The position numbers and the translations under genes are program-made. From Octopus vulgaris (lineage: Eukaryota), in contig OX597818.1 of NCBI GenBank assembly GCA_951406725.2, positions 76,074,001 through 76,138,000 of the forward strand: a stretch of 64,000 nucleotides of DNA, in the 5' to 3' direction. Shown here piece by piece: positions 39,246-51,905 of the stretch. The notes under the pieces are model-generated. The model saw only the letters and a program-made list of their open reading frames with translations, was not told the DNA's origin and searched no databases. The first letter of the stretch is position 1; each line of letters starts with the position of its first letter.

Positions 39246-39779
39246 GCAAGGCATTAGTTGGCCTGGGATTATAGTAGTGCTTATCCAAAAATGCTGCGCA
39301 GAAGGATTGAACTCGAAACCACGTGATTGTGAAGTGAATATCTTAAATTTCTTTGGCAGAACAGATCACTTCATATGATCGCCGCCCAAGTTCTGATTTA
39401 GGCACAAGGCCAGCAATTTCAAAGGGAGATGTTTAGTCGGTTACATCGACCCTAGTACTTGACTGATATTTAATTTTGTCGTCACCGATGGGATGACAGA
39501 CAAAGTTGATGACGGAGGGTTTTGAAGTGAAAACATATAGAACCGGAACAAATATCGTTCCACCGAAAAGGTAAAGTCGAAAGGCTATGTCTTCGTAGAA
39601 AGTAAAAGAAATTTAACTATGAACCAACTTTGATGACCAGTCACCAAAAATTCAGTCAATTTTCTGGTATATTGCTATGAAATGTGATCTTTAAAATTAA
39701 CGATATTAGGAAAATAATCAAAGACAGTGATTTTGGTTAAATATTATTCAAGGTTTTCCCAACTTCTGGATTATTTCAA

Positions 39780-40070
39780 ACCCGTGGAAGACCATAACAC
39801 TGCACATTGTAACCTTGTTCTTTCCCAGATATGGAGCAACTACTTGGATCTAGGTCAGGATAGCATTGCCCTGGATATAAAAAAATATTTTGAAACGGTC
39901 CGGCACAACGGACTCTGTGCCAAGTTGGAACGTAATACACTTCATTAGTGGAAGATCTCCGAATCTCGCACTTCAACTCGAAACTCTGATCGCTGACCCA
40001 TTAATACATCAGTCCTAGAAGGACCAATGTTCTTCCTGTCTCTAGAATCCCAATTAACGATATTATCTTC
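39780..40070 (+). pseudogene. LINE reverse-transcriptase fragment (Jockey/I/CR1 group)
   Basis: LSQIWSNYLDLGQDSIALDIKKYFETVRHNGLCAKL resembles W...LD.G...ALDI.KAFD.VWH.GL..KL; later SVL.GPMFFL...IND. Confidence 0.6.
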
Positions 40071-40629
40071 AAGGAAGATATATGTTGCCTAAATTCCTTA
40101 ATTCGAAACACCAACAGCAATTTCTCAAATCTCTGAATGACAACTCGACGATGAAGTTCCTCGAGTCATAAATAACCTTGTTAGAAATAACCAAATCATC
40201 CTACTGTCTTTTTTAAAAGAACTCAATGAATAATGCGTTTCTGAGTATTTCAATCAAAATCCTGCTCGACCAGGACTGGCCTGGGGCTATACCACAACCA
40301 CTATAACATCTCTGATACACAGAAACTAAGAATCCAATGGTATAGAAAGTTCTAATTAATTACTGTAATTAAGAAACCGCTGATTGCTACAAAAGGAATT
40401 ACATTAAACTCACAATTTAATTAACGAACAATAGATCTTGTCATATCATGTTATATCCTTCTGTTAAATACAAATAATCACAAATTTCAATTAATTTACT
40501 GGTTAAATTCAATTATTAATCATTTCATCAGCATGAGATTTAAGATGGCTTTTAGGAGTATCAGTGTAATTTGCACTTGATAAAGTTTTGCTAAAAATAT
40601 CGCGAAACGTATTACTGCCATGTGTGTGT

Positions 40630-40691
<62 letters not shown>

Positions 40692-40811
40692 TGATAAATA
40701 GGCATTATTACTTGAGAGAAACATGGACATTTTAATTTTTATTAATATCCATATATTCTATTATTAATACATAAAATTATAAGATCTTCATAACATTGTT
40801 ACATTATACCT

Positions 40812-41025
40812 GTTTTAGATTTTGGCACATGGTCAGCAATTTTGAGTGGGGTGGTTAAGTCGATCACATTGACTCCAGTACTCAGCTGACACTTATTTTG
40901 TCGACCCCGAATGGTTGAAAGGCAAAGACCACCTTGGCGGAATTTAAACTCAGAACGAAAAGTCGGACGAAATACCGGTAAGCATTTTGTCCGGTGTGCT
41001 AACAATTCAGTCTGTTCGACGCCTT
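40812..41025 (-). mobile_element. Family A SINE
   Basis: TSD attgttacattata / attgttacataata. Confidence 0.88.
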
Positions 41026-41426
41026 AAATTGTTACATAATATAAAAGTATAAATTATAATATTTCGTTCCATAGTTAAGTTCGTAAATTTCGTAACAAGA
41101 ATAAGAATATTATGGCTTTTTGGTAGAGCAGAGCCATGGACCGATACACACACAATAAGCTAAAGTAGTTGGTTTTAAAATCTCTGAAGGAGATTCACAT
41201 AGTAACAGTACTAAACCTTAGTGTCTGTACCGCTTATACATGGCTGTTCTGTGCAGAACAAATGTTACTACAATTTAACCCCAGGAAAACATGTTTCCTC
41301 GCTGGTTAACGACACACAACCTCTGACTATTTTATTGCGAGTAAGAGACCTAATCATTCCTACTCCAGTATGTTTATATATTGCGAGTAGGGACGTATAG
41401 CTGCCATCGCAAGCAGGTAAACGTCC

Positions 41427-41469
41427 AGTACTGAGGACGAGAAAGCATCTAGAAACCGGCCGGTCTACT
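41427..41469 (+). ncRNA. Candidate minimal type I hammerhead ribozyme (Penelope-associated form)
   Basis: AGTA-CTGAGGA-C-GAGA aagca TCTA-GAA-ACC ggcc GGT-C-TACT: core boxes, GUC triplet, 4-bp stem I, palindromic stem III; one mismatch at the base of stem II. Confidence 0.55.
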
Positions 41470-42439
41470 TGTGGGAGTGGTCCGCTCCCTTACTCGCAAT
41501 AATACAAGATACAGGTTGTGTGACGTTCGTAACATTCGTTCAGCACAGAACAGTCACATAAAAGTGGTACAGACATTACGCTATGTGTGTGTGTGTGTGT
41601 GTGTGTGTAATATTTGGTCATCAGTGAGTTCAAATCTCACTAACGTCGATTTTGCTTTTTATTCTTCCACGTTCGATACAATAGAATAACAATGACATAC
41701 TGGAGTCGCTATTATCGACTACATCACTCTTCCCAAATTTTGTGGCGCTTGATTATTTTTAGAAATGAAAGCATTTGGTTGAATCGTTACAGGTGTGTGT
41801 GTGTGTGTGTGTGGATGCAGCTTCCGTTGGCACACGGGTGTAATATGATTGTTTCGAGGATGAGTGCTTTGAACTGAATGAAATGTTCTTATTTCACTTC
41901 TCGCTGATTTGTTCGTACGTAAGACGTGGTGCAATGAAGTTGTATTAGTTAAGAAATATCCACATAAAGAGAGAGATAATATATAAAACATTAAAAAGAT
42001 ATATCTACGGTTATTACAAGTTGTGAGAGTCCAACACGTTATAACGATGCTATAAGTCCAGGTGGAAAAGCTTGCATATGTATACATAATAAAGTAAAAC
42101 GTTCCTTGAGAGCAACGTTTACTTTGAATAAAAAGACGAAAAAAATAATGAATTTCATAGTTCATAATTTAATTACTTTCATCAGTTGTTTCATTAGGAT
42201 AATCATCATTAATTTCATAATTACGAAATTAGTTTAAAATTATAAATCTGAACAAATGTAGGGGGTTTACATAATAATAGTAGGAAACGTATTTGATTTC
42301 ATATATCTCTTGACTACGGTCGGATATTTAACAATCTTACATCTTACAGCAAATTTTACTGACTGACGATATTTAACACAATTAGATCTCTCACCCAATC
42401 CTAGGAAGATAAATCGATAGAAAAAGGATTTTCAACAGA

Positions 42440-43290
42440 CGGAAAAGGTTTCTCAATTGATAGAAAGTTCTTGAATACTTTAACAAGTTTCAAGAACTGA
42501 GAGAGAAAGAGTGAAATCATTCTTATATGTGCCAACAAAATTATTAACTGTTGTTCGGAACGGAGATAAAAAAGAGATCAATGTTGAAATATTTGAGTTA
42601 AGAAAATTTTGCAAGCTGGACAAAAATCGTGTTCAAGTCATCTTGCAAATTTGCCGACATCGAGTAAAAATATTGGTTTCAAATTTTGGCACAAGGCCAG
42701 CAATTTCGGAGGATGGGTAAATCAATTACATCGACTCCAGTGCTCAGCTGGTACTTATTATATCAACTCCGGAGGGACGAAAGGTAAAGTCAACCTCAGC
42801 GGAATTTGAACTCAGAACGTAAAGTCGGACGAAATGCCGCTAAGCATTTTGCCCGGTATGCTAACGATTCTGCCAGTTCGCCGTCTTGCGTTGAGTAAAA
42901 GTATTGGAAAGTATTTTCCGTTGATTCTTGTATCTTTCTTGGAGTGGGAGAAAAATATACTTATGTTAATTGTCAACGAGAAAAAATTACTGTTTCAGGT
43001 GTATTGACGGAAATTAGGAATGAGAAAGAATTGAAATCACGGCACTGATTAATAGACATAGTTACATTCTGTTTGGCTGCTCGACAGAAACATCCCATCG
43101 CCACAATAAAAGTACTTGAAGCATTCATTTCTTTCTCATGATTTTGTGAGACTGGTTTCTCTGTTGAACATAATTTAGAACAAGTCTATATAACGGTAGA
43201 GGAGGTGCTTGAGGCAAATATACTTGTTAACCAGCCGATTACAGACAGGAGACATCATGTGATATCAACAGTCACATGTCCCCCACCACT
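42440..43290 (+). pseudogene. Decayed hAT (Charlie-type) transposase C-terminal region, split by a SINE
   Basis: LTEIRNEKELKSR...IVTFCL...KHP...IKVLEAF...FCETGFS...QQSH resembles the hAT dimerisation domain (PF.STYLCE.GFS). Confidence 0.5.
42677..42887 (-). mobile_element. Family A SINE
   Basis: 15-bp TSD gagtaaaaatattgg (42662-42676) / gagtaaaagtattgg (42893-42907). Confidence 0.92.
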
Positions 43291-43714
43291 AATATTATAA
43301 GTAATGTAATGACTTTTCATTTTTTATACATTTTGTTTGATGAATTTTCTTCCATGTTCTTTACACTCAGTGTAAATAGAAAACAATATATGGTCGCTAC
43401 ATTGTTTTCCGTTTTCAATACATAATATGATATAAATGATGAAATTATTTTATAGAGCAGAAAACGTTGATAAAACAATGATTAAAATTTTAGTTATTGT
43501 ACTTTTAATCCATCCAGATGTGAGAATGCAATCTTTACATTATATCTATCGCAACAAAAATATTTGCACTTTTCCTGCTTGCTCAATGTGCTCAAAACTT
43601 ACACTGCTATTATTTTTTAATTTGTACATGATTTTTTATGCACTGTATTCCATTGTGGAAAAGTGCAACGTATGCTTCCATCTCTGTTTTAAGACAATAT
43701 TAGAAACATATGTA

Positions 43715-44570
43715 CGAGGTGGTATCTAAAAGTTCCTGGATTGGTTTTGTAACGCGCCAGCTGAGGGCAGTACAGGGTTGCGTGCGCCGTGAGAGCTAGC
43801 AGTGAATTTCGTAAGACAGTGTGCCGAGTGACATCGTTATGTTTACTTCGCAAGTTGTGAAATTTGTGTTTTGTGATCACGTATGCTGTAGTCTGCGACT
43901 TTTTGTCATGGACAAGAAGTTGAAACGAAGAGCCAAAGTAAAATTTTGCGTTAACTTGGGAAGCCTGCTACAGAGAGTTTGAGCATGCTTCGGCAAGCTT
44001 ACAACGACGAAGCAACGGATCGTACGCTCTGTTTTGAGTGGCATGGATGCTTCATAAGCAGAAGAACGTTTCACATCGTTTTTTTTTCGACATCCGTGGT
44101 GCATCGAGAATTTGTCTTCCCAGATCAGACCGTTAATCGAGAGATCTACTGCGACATTTTGAAGCATTCAAGGGAGGACATTCAGCGAAAGCGACCGGAT
44201 CTGTGGAACACGAAGAATTCGATTCTTCACGACGACAATTCACCCCGTCATCGGGCGCTCCTCACTCGTGAGTTTCTCGCCCAAAACAACATGGTATTGC
44301 TTCCGCACCCCCCCCCCCTATTCGCCAGATTTAGCCACTACGGACTTACATCTCTTCCCCAAGATGAAAATGCAGCTCAAAGGTCTCTGTTTTAACACCG
44401 TTATCGAGATCAAGATTGAATTACAAAAGGTTCTCGAGTCGCTTACGGAAAACGACTTCCAGGCCGGATTTCAAAAGTAGTAGGAACGCTGGGACCGGTG
44501 TATTGCTGTGCAAGGTGAATATTTCGAAAGAGATGATGTTAAAACTTAGGTAAATAAGTTTTTTTTTATT
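43715..44570 (+). mobile_element. mariner (DD34D) deletion derivative
   Basis: TA|CGAGGTGGTATCTAAAAGTTCC TIR; MDKKLKRRAKVKFCV...MLRQAY...FEWH joined to VHREFV...RKRPDLW...LHDDNSPRH...YSPDLATTDLHLFPKMK...RWDRCIAVQGEYFE. Right TIR not seen. Confidence 0.9.
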
Positions 44571-44639
44571 AAGCGATCTCATATATATTTACTATCCCGT
44601 CCGGTGTGCTGTAGATAAAACGGCTGAAAATCACTGAAC

Positions 44640-46670
44640 TCCACAATGAAAAAGAACCTTCAAACAATATCGGTTAGCAGAGAATGAAAGCATTGAATTT
44701 ATGGATTCTGCTCTTCGCCAAAAAATTGACACTTTGCATTCCTGAGGCCAAATATTTTGGCTCTATGTTTAATTCCATTCCGTATCAAGAATGTAGTGAG
44801 CAAAAGGAAGAAACAGTTCGTTATGTTAATATTGATTTTAAAGAGAAAAACTGTTTTATTATAAAATAGGTTTTTTTTCTCTTGGGTTTATCTAATTAAA
44901 ACGAAAGGATGTCGAAAACATTGTGTAAGATTCTGGAATAACTTGTGAAAAACAATAACAACAGCAAAAACGAAATTCTGTTTGAAGACTATCGATCTTA
45001 ATGTTATGACAGTGCTGCAGTTATGGCTGGTTATAAAAGTGATGTTCAACAGAGGATTAATTAAAAAAATATAACAAATTGTAAAGCTATTTTTATAAAC
45101 TATGGTAATCATTCTCGCAATTTACTCGACATGCTGTTGCTAGTTAAGTATGATGTATTCATGGCCTCCGTTTTTCGGTTCAATTCTGTCACTTTCTTCA
45201 TTTTTTTCTGCTCAACTCTCCTTTACTTAAAGCTAAAAGGTGTGATACCAACAGTTGTCAAGTTTAAATCAGAACCTTGACGGCATTTTAGAAGAGAGAT
45301 TGCGAACCTTGCTAATGTATAATAATCTGATTTTATAGTGGATTTTTTCCCAACGATCAAAACCAACTTTTTGATACAAGAAGCTGGTGTTGAATAAAAG
45401 TTTGAGTTGACTTTTTAGTTTTGCTTGGCTTCTAGTGTTAAGTTCTTATTTCTATTGATTTGCGTTCGAAAACGACTCCAATGTCATTCCATGAATTCTG
45501 ATGATGATGATGATGATGATGATGATTGAGATTTGATTGTCGTTCCAAGTTGTTTTTTTTTTATAAAAGAATTTAGAGTTATTGAGTAGTGAATCATTGA
45601 AAGCTCGGTTAAAATTATGTAAGGAATGAACTAAGTAGAAACACGCCAAAGAAAAATATCAAATAATTTGCAAAAAGCAAGAATGTAAGGTTTACTGCGA
45701 TGGCTTCGAAATTCCTGTCAACTTTTTCTTTCTAAAAATTAATAAATATGTACTCTACTAAAAGTATTGAGTAATTTTTCAGTTTTATGTTAGATTGTTT
45801 TATATATAACTTGACATAAACACAGACACATTCATATAACACAAACGTGAAGTAATCTTTATTTAAAATATTTGGAAAGTTTTGCACAGTTACAAAGCAC
45901 CGATACAAACATATTTCAACTTCATGAAGAAACCTTAGATTATAAAGCATTTGTAAACAGCTGTCTATAAATTTAAATTCTTAAGATTGAGGAATTCATC
46001 AAGTTCATTGTCCAGTAATGGTTTCCCAGATTTAAGAGAGTCTATTTAAGTAATGCTAACAATTGCAATCTTGATTGTCAGATTTTGGATGATCTTTCAG
46101 TATACTGAGATTAATCTTAATAGATTTGTGAGTTTGGTTGAAGCAAGTTACTCAGTCGGTTTTCAAATTATCCGCGCAGAAGTGGCTGTGTGGTTAGTAG
46201 CTTGCTTACCAACCAAATGGTTCCGGGTTCAGTCCCACTGCGTGGCACCTTAGGCAAGTGTCTTCTACTATAGCCTCGGGCCAACCAAAGCCTTGTGAGT
46301 GGATTTGGTAGACGGAAACCGAAAGAAGCCCGTTGTATATATGTATATATGTGTGTGTGTGTGTGTTTGTGTGTCTGTGTTTGTCCCCCCAACATCACTC
46401 GACAGCCGATGCTGGTGTGTTTACGTCCCCGTAACTTAGCGGTTCGGCAAAAGAGACCGATAGAATAAGTACTAGGGTTACAAAGAATAAGTCCTGAGGT
46501 CGATGTGCTCGACTAAAGGTGGTGCTCCAGCATGGCCACAGTCAAATGACTGAAACAAGTAAAAGAGAAAAGAGAATGTTAAACAAGAGGCAAAAGATAA
46601 CAAATTTTATGGTATCAGTTTATGCGTTTGTATCATCAAAAGTCAGAGAAGTGCAGCTTCAAAACGCTGT
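44640..46670 (+). pseudogene. Highly decayed hAT (Tip100/ZMYM1-like) transposase, interrupted by a SINE
   Basis: AKYFGSMFNSIP...SEQ...VRYV...LGFI...RS*CYDSAAVMAGYKSDVQQRI...AIFINYGNHSRNL; FPDL...MLTIAI near 46020-46070. Confidence 0.7.
46174..46576 (+). mobile_element. Family B SINE, full-length reference-like copy
   Basis: A-box GTGGCTGTGTGGTTAG, B-box GGTTCAGTCCC, CORE-like CACCTTAGGCAAGTG, internal (TA)/(TG)n, tail (AAAAGAG)n. May correspond to a described octopus OR-type SINE (not verified). Confidence 0.92.
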
Positions 46671-46800
46671 TTAGAATTATTTATAGAATGGCCTAAATCC
46701 TTGGGACGCAAATTTCAAAAATCAAATGTGTTTTTTTCTAGGACACACTGTTACTGAGCCTTTCGGTGACATGCAGATATACATACACACATATATTCTC

Positions 46801-46845
<45 letters not shown>

Positions 46846-47266
46846 TCGTTCTTCGGTAAGAGAGCTGGTCGATTCATTTTACGCCCGCGAAACTCTAAGT
46901 AACGTGTAGAGCTAAGATAACGTATTATTCAATAAATACATCTCCGACTATGTGTCCTCTCTTCGTTTGTTATTTGCATTACTTTCTGTCCAATCTTCTT
47001 GTGTGTATGTGTTGTGTCTGTATGTGTGTGTGCACGCGCGTGTATGTATGCGTGTGTGCGCGCGCGTGCGTGCGTGTGTGTGTGTATGTGTAACAATGAC
47101 GAAATGGCGATATTAAGTGAACACATTAATGCATAATCTCATAATCTCGTATGTTATTACATTGCCAAGTTGTGTGACGCAACATGTTAATAATGAAGCG
47201 TTGCTACTGAAACACGAAGATAAGTATCCAAATTTTCCGATCGTTTAGTCTTTATTACAATAACAA

Positions 47267-49750
47267 CAGGGTGCGTAAGATACTTGAGGACTGATTTATG
47301 TTTATAAAAAAAAAAGCAAAAACAAATATATAACAGATAACTTTATTTATCAAAAAATGCTATGAGGATAAAAATAAACCTTCTTTTCTATAATGTTATT
47401 CAATAAAGCCACCTTCAGCTTCAACAACTGCATCTATATGAGATCTAAATCATCTACATGCTCGAATCAAGCGGTCCTGGTTAATTTTGGACATTACTCT
47501 GACTGACTATAGCAGCTTTCAAAGGATCTTTGGTGTTATGGCGTGTTCATTGACCTCTCTCTCAATAACGCTCCGCATGATTGAGATCTGGGAGTTAGGA
47601 GGCCAAATGTGAGGGGCTATGTGACCATGAAAATTTTCAATCATCCATATCTGTGTTACTAGAGCCATGTGTGATATAGCAGAATCTTACTGAAACACAT
47701 ATGCCCTTCCATTGCATACACTGTCTATCCAGGGTTTAACAATTATTTCCAGGATCTCAGTGTAGGCGGCAGAGTTAAGTCTAAGGCCTCGTGGAAAGAA
47801 GTAAGGAGGCATCAAATATCCTTCATTGTTGACAACCCCTAAAACCATGACAGTTGCAGGAAATTTTGTATGCATAACACTTGGAACTTCGGGAGGGTCT
47901 GCACATAACCATCTGTAATTGCTTCTGTTTGACTTTCTGATCTTGGTCGAAGTTTTTCTCGTTTGAGAAAAACCAAATCAAACCTTCTTCTGCTGGATTT
48001 TTCAGTTTGCTTAAGAGCCTTTTAGATCTGATGTAGTGATTTTCTTTTGCTCTTTCTGACAAATTGACCTTTCCTCATCATATAAGACTTATATCTGACG
48101 TCTTCGTGGACAACATTTCTGACTGTTTCTTCTGACACATGGAGATCTTTTGCAATTGATCTCATGGACTTTCTGGGATTGTAATCAATGGTCAGTTGAA
48201 TTTGATGGATAAATTCAGGTATTCTGATGATTTCAGAGCGTTTAGAATGTCTTTTATGCTTTGATATTGGTGATACGTTTCTATCTTCAGTCTTTAGCTC
48301 CTTACAAACTTTGTAGACGAATGATCTGACAACATTTAAAAATCGTATTTCTAAATGGCTATGCTCAGCCTTTATAACCACAATAACAGCATGCCCCTTC
48401 ATTTCTTGGGTAAGCTGAGGGTCTACCATTGTTTTTTTCTGAAACAAAGATTATATAGAGTTAGCAAAAAATGCATTATTTTGTCCAACGGTACAGGGGT
48501 TGGACAAAATAATGGAAACACCTTAAAATTTCAAACAAATTTATTTTAATATGGGGTAGGATAGGCTTTGGCAGTAATTACAGCTTGAATTCTACGAGGT
48601 ATGGACTCGTACAAAGTTTGAATTGTTCCCAAAGGAATTTTTGTTCATTCTTCAGCTAAAACTGTCTCCACTTGTTTTTCTAAAATGCACCATAAATGTT
48701 CAATAATATTGAGATCTGGGGACTATGGTGGCCAGATAAGATGTTCAACTTCTCACTAGAATGTTCCTTGTACCATTCAGTAACATCTTTAGTTGTGTGA
48801 ATTGTTGCATTATCATTCTGAAAGATTGCATTTCCCTCCGGAAACACTTCCGCAACTATAGGATGAATTTTATCAGATAAAATGCTTAAATAGTCTTGAC
48901 TATTAATTCTGCAATGAAAAGAAACCATTGGGCCGGCGGATTTCCAAGATATAGCCCCCCAGATCATCACAGATCCTCCTCCATGTTTAACAGTTGGAAG
49001 AAGGCAGTCTGGGTCAAATGCTTCTTTTGGCTGCCTCCACGTGTATACTCGGCCGGTAGTTGAAAATAAGGTAAAGGATGACTTGTCCGAGAAAATAATA
49101 TTCTTCGACTGCTCTGGGTACCAATTCTGTAGGTTTTTACTCCACTCTAAACTCTTTGCAACGTTTGTTTTTGAAAGTAGTGGTTTTCTGATTGCAACCC
49201 TCCCGTGAAAACAATCTTACGCGTAGCTCCCGGCAAACAGTTTCTGTGGAAACTGGGTTCTCGAGGTAGTCATTAATTTCTGCAGTAATTTTGGGAACTG
49301 TACTTTTGTGATCTTGTCTAACAATTCGCATGAGGCCAACGGTCCCTATCTGAAAGTTTTGGTTTCCTTCCAGAGTTTTGTTTCGACGACAAGGTTTTTC
49401 CCTCTTTCTCAAAGGCTGTCGTTACTTTCGAGACAGCACTTCTTGATACACCAAACATTTTGGCTGTTTTCATTACCTGCTATACGAGCACCAACAATTT
49501 GACCTCTTCGAAAATCCGATAGGTCTGTCATTTTAATGAATTTTAATTACCTTCCTCTGATGATATCTGAGAAGAATAAGCAATTTTAGCAAAACGTATT
49601 AAGCAACAATAATAAATAATAAATAAAAACATAAAAATAAACAAGCTTTTGACGGTTTTATAGACATTTCAAAATTATGATGCTATGATGCTAGATGTTT
49701 TCATTATTTTGTCTAACCCCTGTATGTCTTCAAATATCTTACGCACCCTG
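47267..49750 (-). mobile_element. maT/DD37D-like Tc1/mariner transposon (outer element; transposase pseudogene about 47400-48430)
   Basis: TIRs CAGGGTGCGTAAGATA(C/T)TTGA(G/A)GAC; KSMRSIAKDLHVSE...WFFSNEKNFDQDQK...TKFPATVMVLGVV...KPWI...YVFQ*DSA...WPPNSPDLN. Confidence 0.88.
48494..49722 (-). mobile_element. Tc1 (DD34E) transposon nested in the outer element
   Basis: TIRs CAGGGGTT(G/A)GACAAAATAATG with TA on both sides; MTDLSDFRRGQIVGAR...IFSDKSSF...PTVKHGGGSVMIWGAIS...FQNDNATIH...WPP*SPDLNIIEHLW. Confidence 0.92.
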
Positions 49751-50353
49751 TACATATGTATACGTATGTATGTGTGTCTATATGTACACACACACACACA
49801 CGCACGCACACAAACAAATTGTGAATACAATAATGATTAGTACAAGAAAGAAAAAGATAACACCGGAAGGACAAAGCTTGACATGCTTAAAAGGAAGGAA
49901 AGAACCTCAACGTTTCAGAAAAAGAGGAAAGCTTAGAAGGAATGAGTAAGAGGAAGAGTCGACGAGGGTTAAAATGGTCTAGGGGTTATAAACCAGGTGA
50001 GAATGCAGTTTGATAAGGGAAGGACGAGGGACGAGTGTGTGCGTTCATGTATGAGTGTATCTGTGTTCAGAGATTAACACAGGATAGTAGTGTGTTTAAT
50101 TTGCGCTGTGTGTATGCGTATGAAGAGTGTAAGTATAGTGGGGCAGCGAGATGTTGGCAAGTGTGTGTTAGTGTTAAGTGTGTGAGGAAATTGCGAATGT
50201 ACGGAGGTGGAATCGGGTGCAAGGTAAAAGGAAAGGCAAGTGGACGGTGTGTTTGAAGTAAGTGTGTACATGTATCTATTTGTTGACTACTGATAAGAAA
50301 GTAAATTTCGAACGCAGTATAGCTGTAAAAGCAGCAGAGTAAGAAGTTTAGTA

Positions 50354-50427
50354 GGTGGCTATAGGGAACCGAACCCTGCACCCCTCAGGTACAGGGCGAG
50401 TGCTCTATCATTAAGCTAAACGGGTCC
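50354..50427 (-). pseudogene. tRNA-like sequence (SINE head or tRNA pseudogene)
   Basis: TAGCTTAATGATAGAGC A-box and CAGGGTTCGGTTCCCT T-arm at tRNA spacing; the acceptor stem does not pair. Confidence 0.45.
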
Positions 50428-50948
50428 TGATAACAGTTACCGTCAATTTTAATGTTAAATAATAGCTTTGGGATGCAGCACCATTTTGTAAACAAACTTT
50501 GGAAACGTCAAATGTGTTTGGTATTTTACAGACAAGAAAGTAAATTTCGAATGCAGTATGGCTGTGAAAGTAGTAGAGGAGGATTGTAAATTTGCTTGCT
50601 CGCAACTTCGGCGGGTTTTGAACTCAAACCATGTAGAAACATAACTAAATACAACAAAGCAAAAGACAAAAATATATTTCAGTGATTCTGTCCCTCAGTG
50701 ATTCTGCTACTGCAAAGCCTATATTATTATATTATAAAATATTAAGTGATATTAAGTTATATTGTATTATACCAGATTGTTATAATATAGTGTTGCTATG
50801 TTATTTATATTAAGTGCATCTGAATGTCAGTGAATATTTCGAAATGTGCCTACTTTTACACAGATATATCATACACGCTCTTTCTGTATATGTGTACATC
50901 TATATTTCTGCTTATGCATTCATATATCGTGTCTGTGTGTATTGTGTA

Positions 50949-51046
<98 letters not shown>

Positions 51047-51905
51047 GACAGACAGACAGAAAAGATAGGAAAAAGAGAGAATAGTTGGCTTAAATATATT
51101 TATATAGAAATATATTTATGGAATAAATAATGTTTTTCAAGCATTAAAATCCTAGAATACGTTGATTGTTATTTTATAGAAATCACTTTACATTCGCTAT
51201 ATATCAAATCTAAAACTATTTTACTGTACTTACCAAATAGTACCAATTACAAGAGAATCTAAATTGGAATGAGATATATTTTAAATCACTTTTTTCAACC
51301 AGTATTCCTCCCCATGCAGGTAACTTATCGCCGCAGTATGGCTGAAAGATTAGGAAATTCACTTTGTAACCACTAGGTCCCGGGTTCGACTTAACTGTGT
51401 GGTATCTTGGGCAAATGTTCAATAGACTGTTGGGTCAACTGAAGTAAGTCGGCAGTTTATCTTCATCCATAGCAAATTAAAGAAGAACTGCTCATCCCTC
51501 TCCAAACATATGCAGTGGCGTATAGGCAGAGTCATTAGATCGTCGGACAAAATATCTTGCGGCATTTGTTCTCACCATAGCCAGCTATGTCGTTCATCTT
51601 TTCAGGGTCTACAAAAAGTACCAATCTAAGGCGGGGGATTAGCAAAACTGTAAGAAGGTCGGACCGGGTGCTCCAGAGATATTTGCTCCGACTCTTTGCG
51701 TTCAAATCATGCCATGGACTATTTGTATGGTCGACCGCATCCATTCGTCAACACCATCATCTGTTTATGTTCACTGACTTCCCTACTCATTGAACGATAA
51801 AGATAAAAAAAAATATCTAGAGAAAGAGTTGAACTTGGCAATGCAACTTAACGAGCAGCTTGCCAATAACGCTGGCACACCAGCTAATTGGCACGGCGAG
51901 GTATA

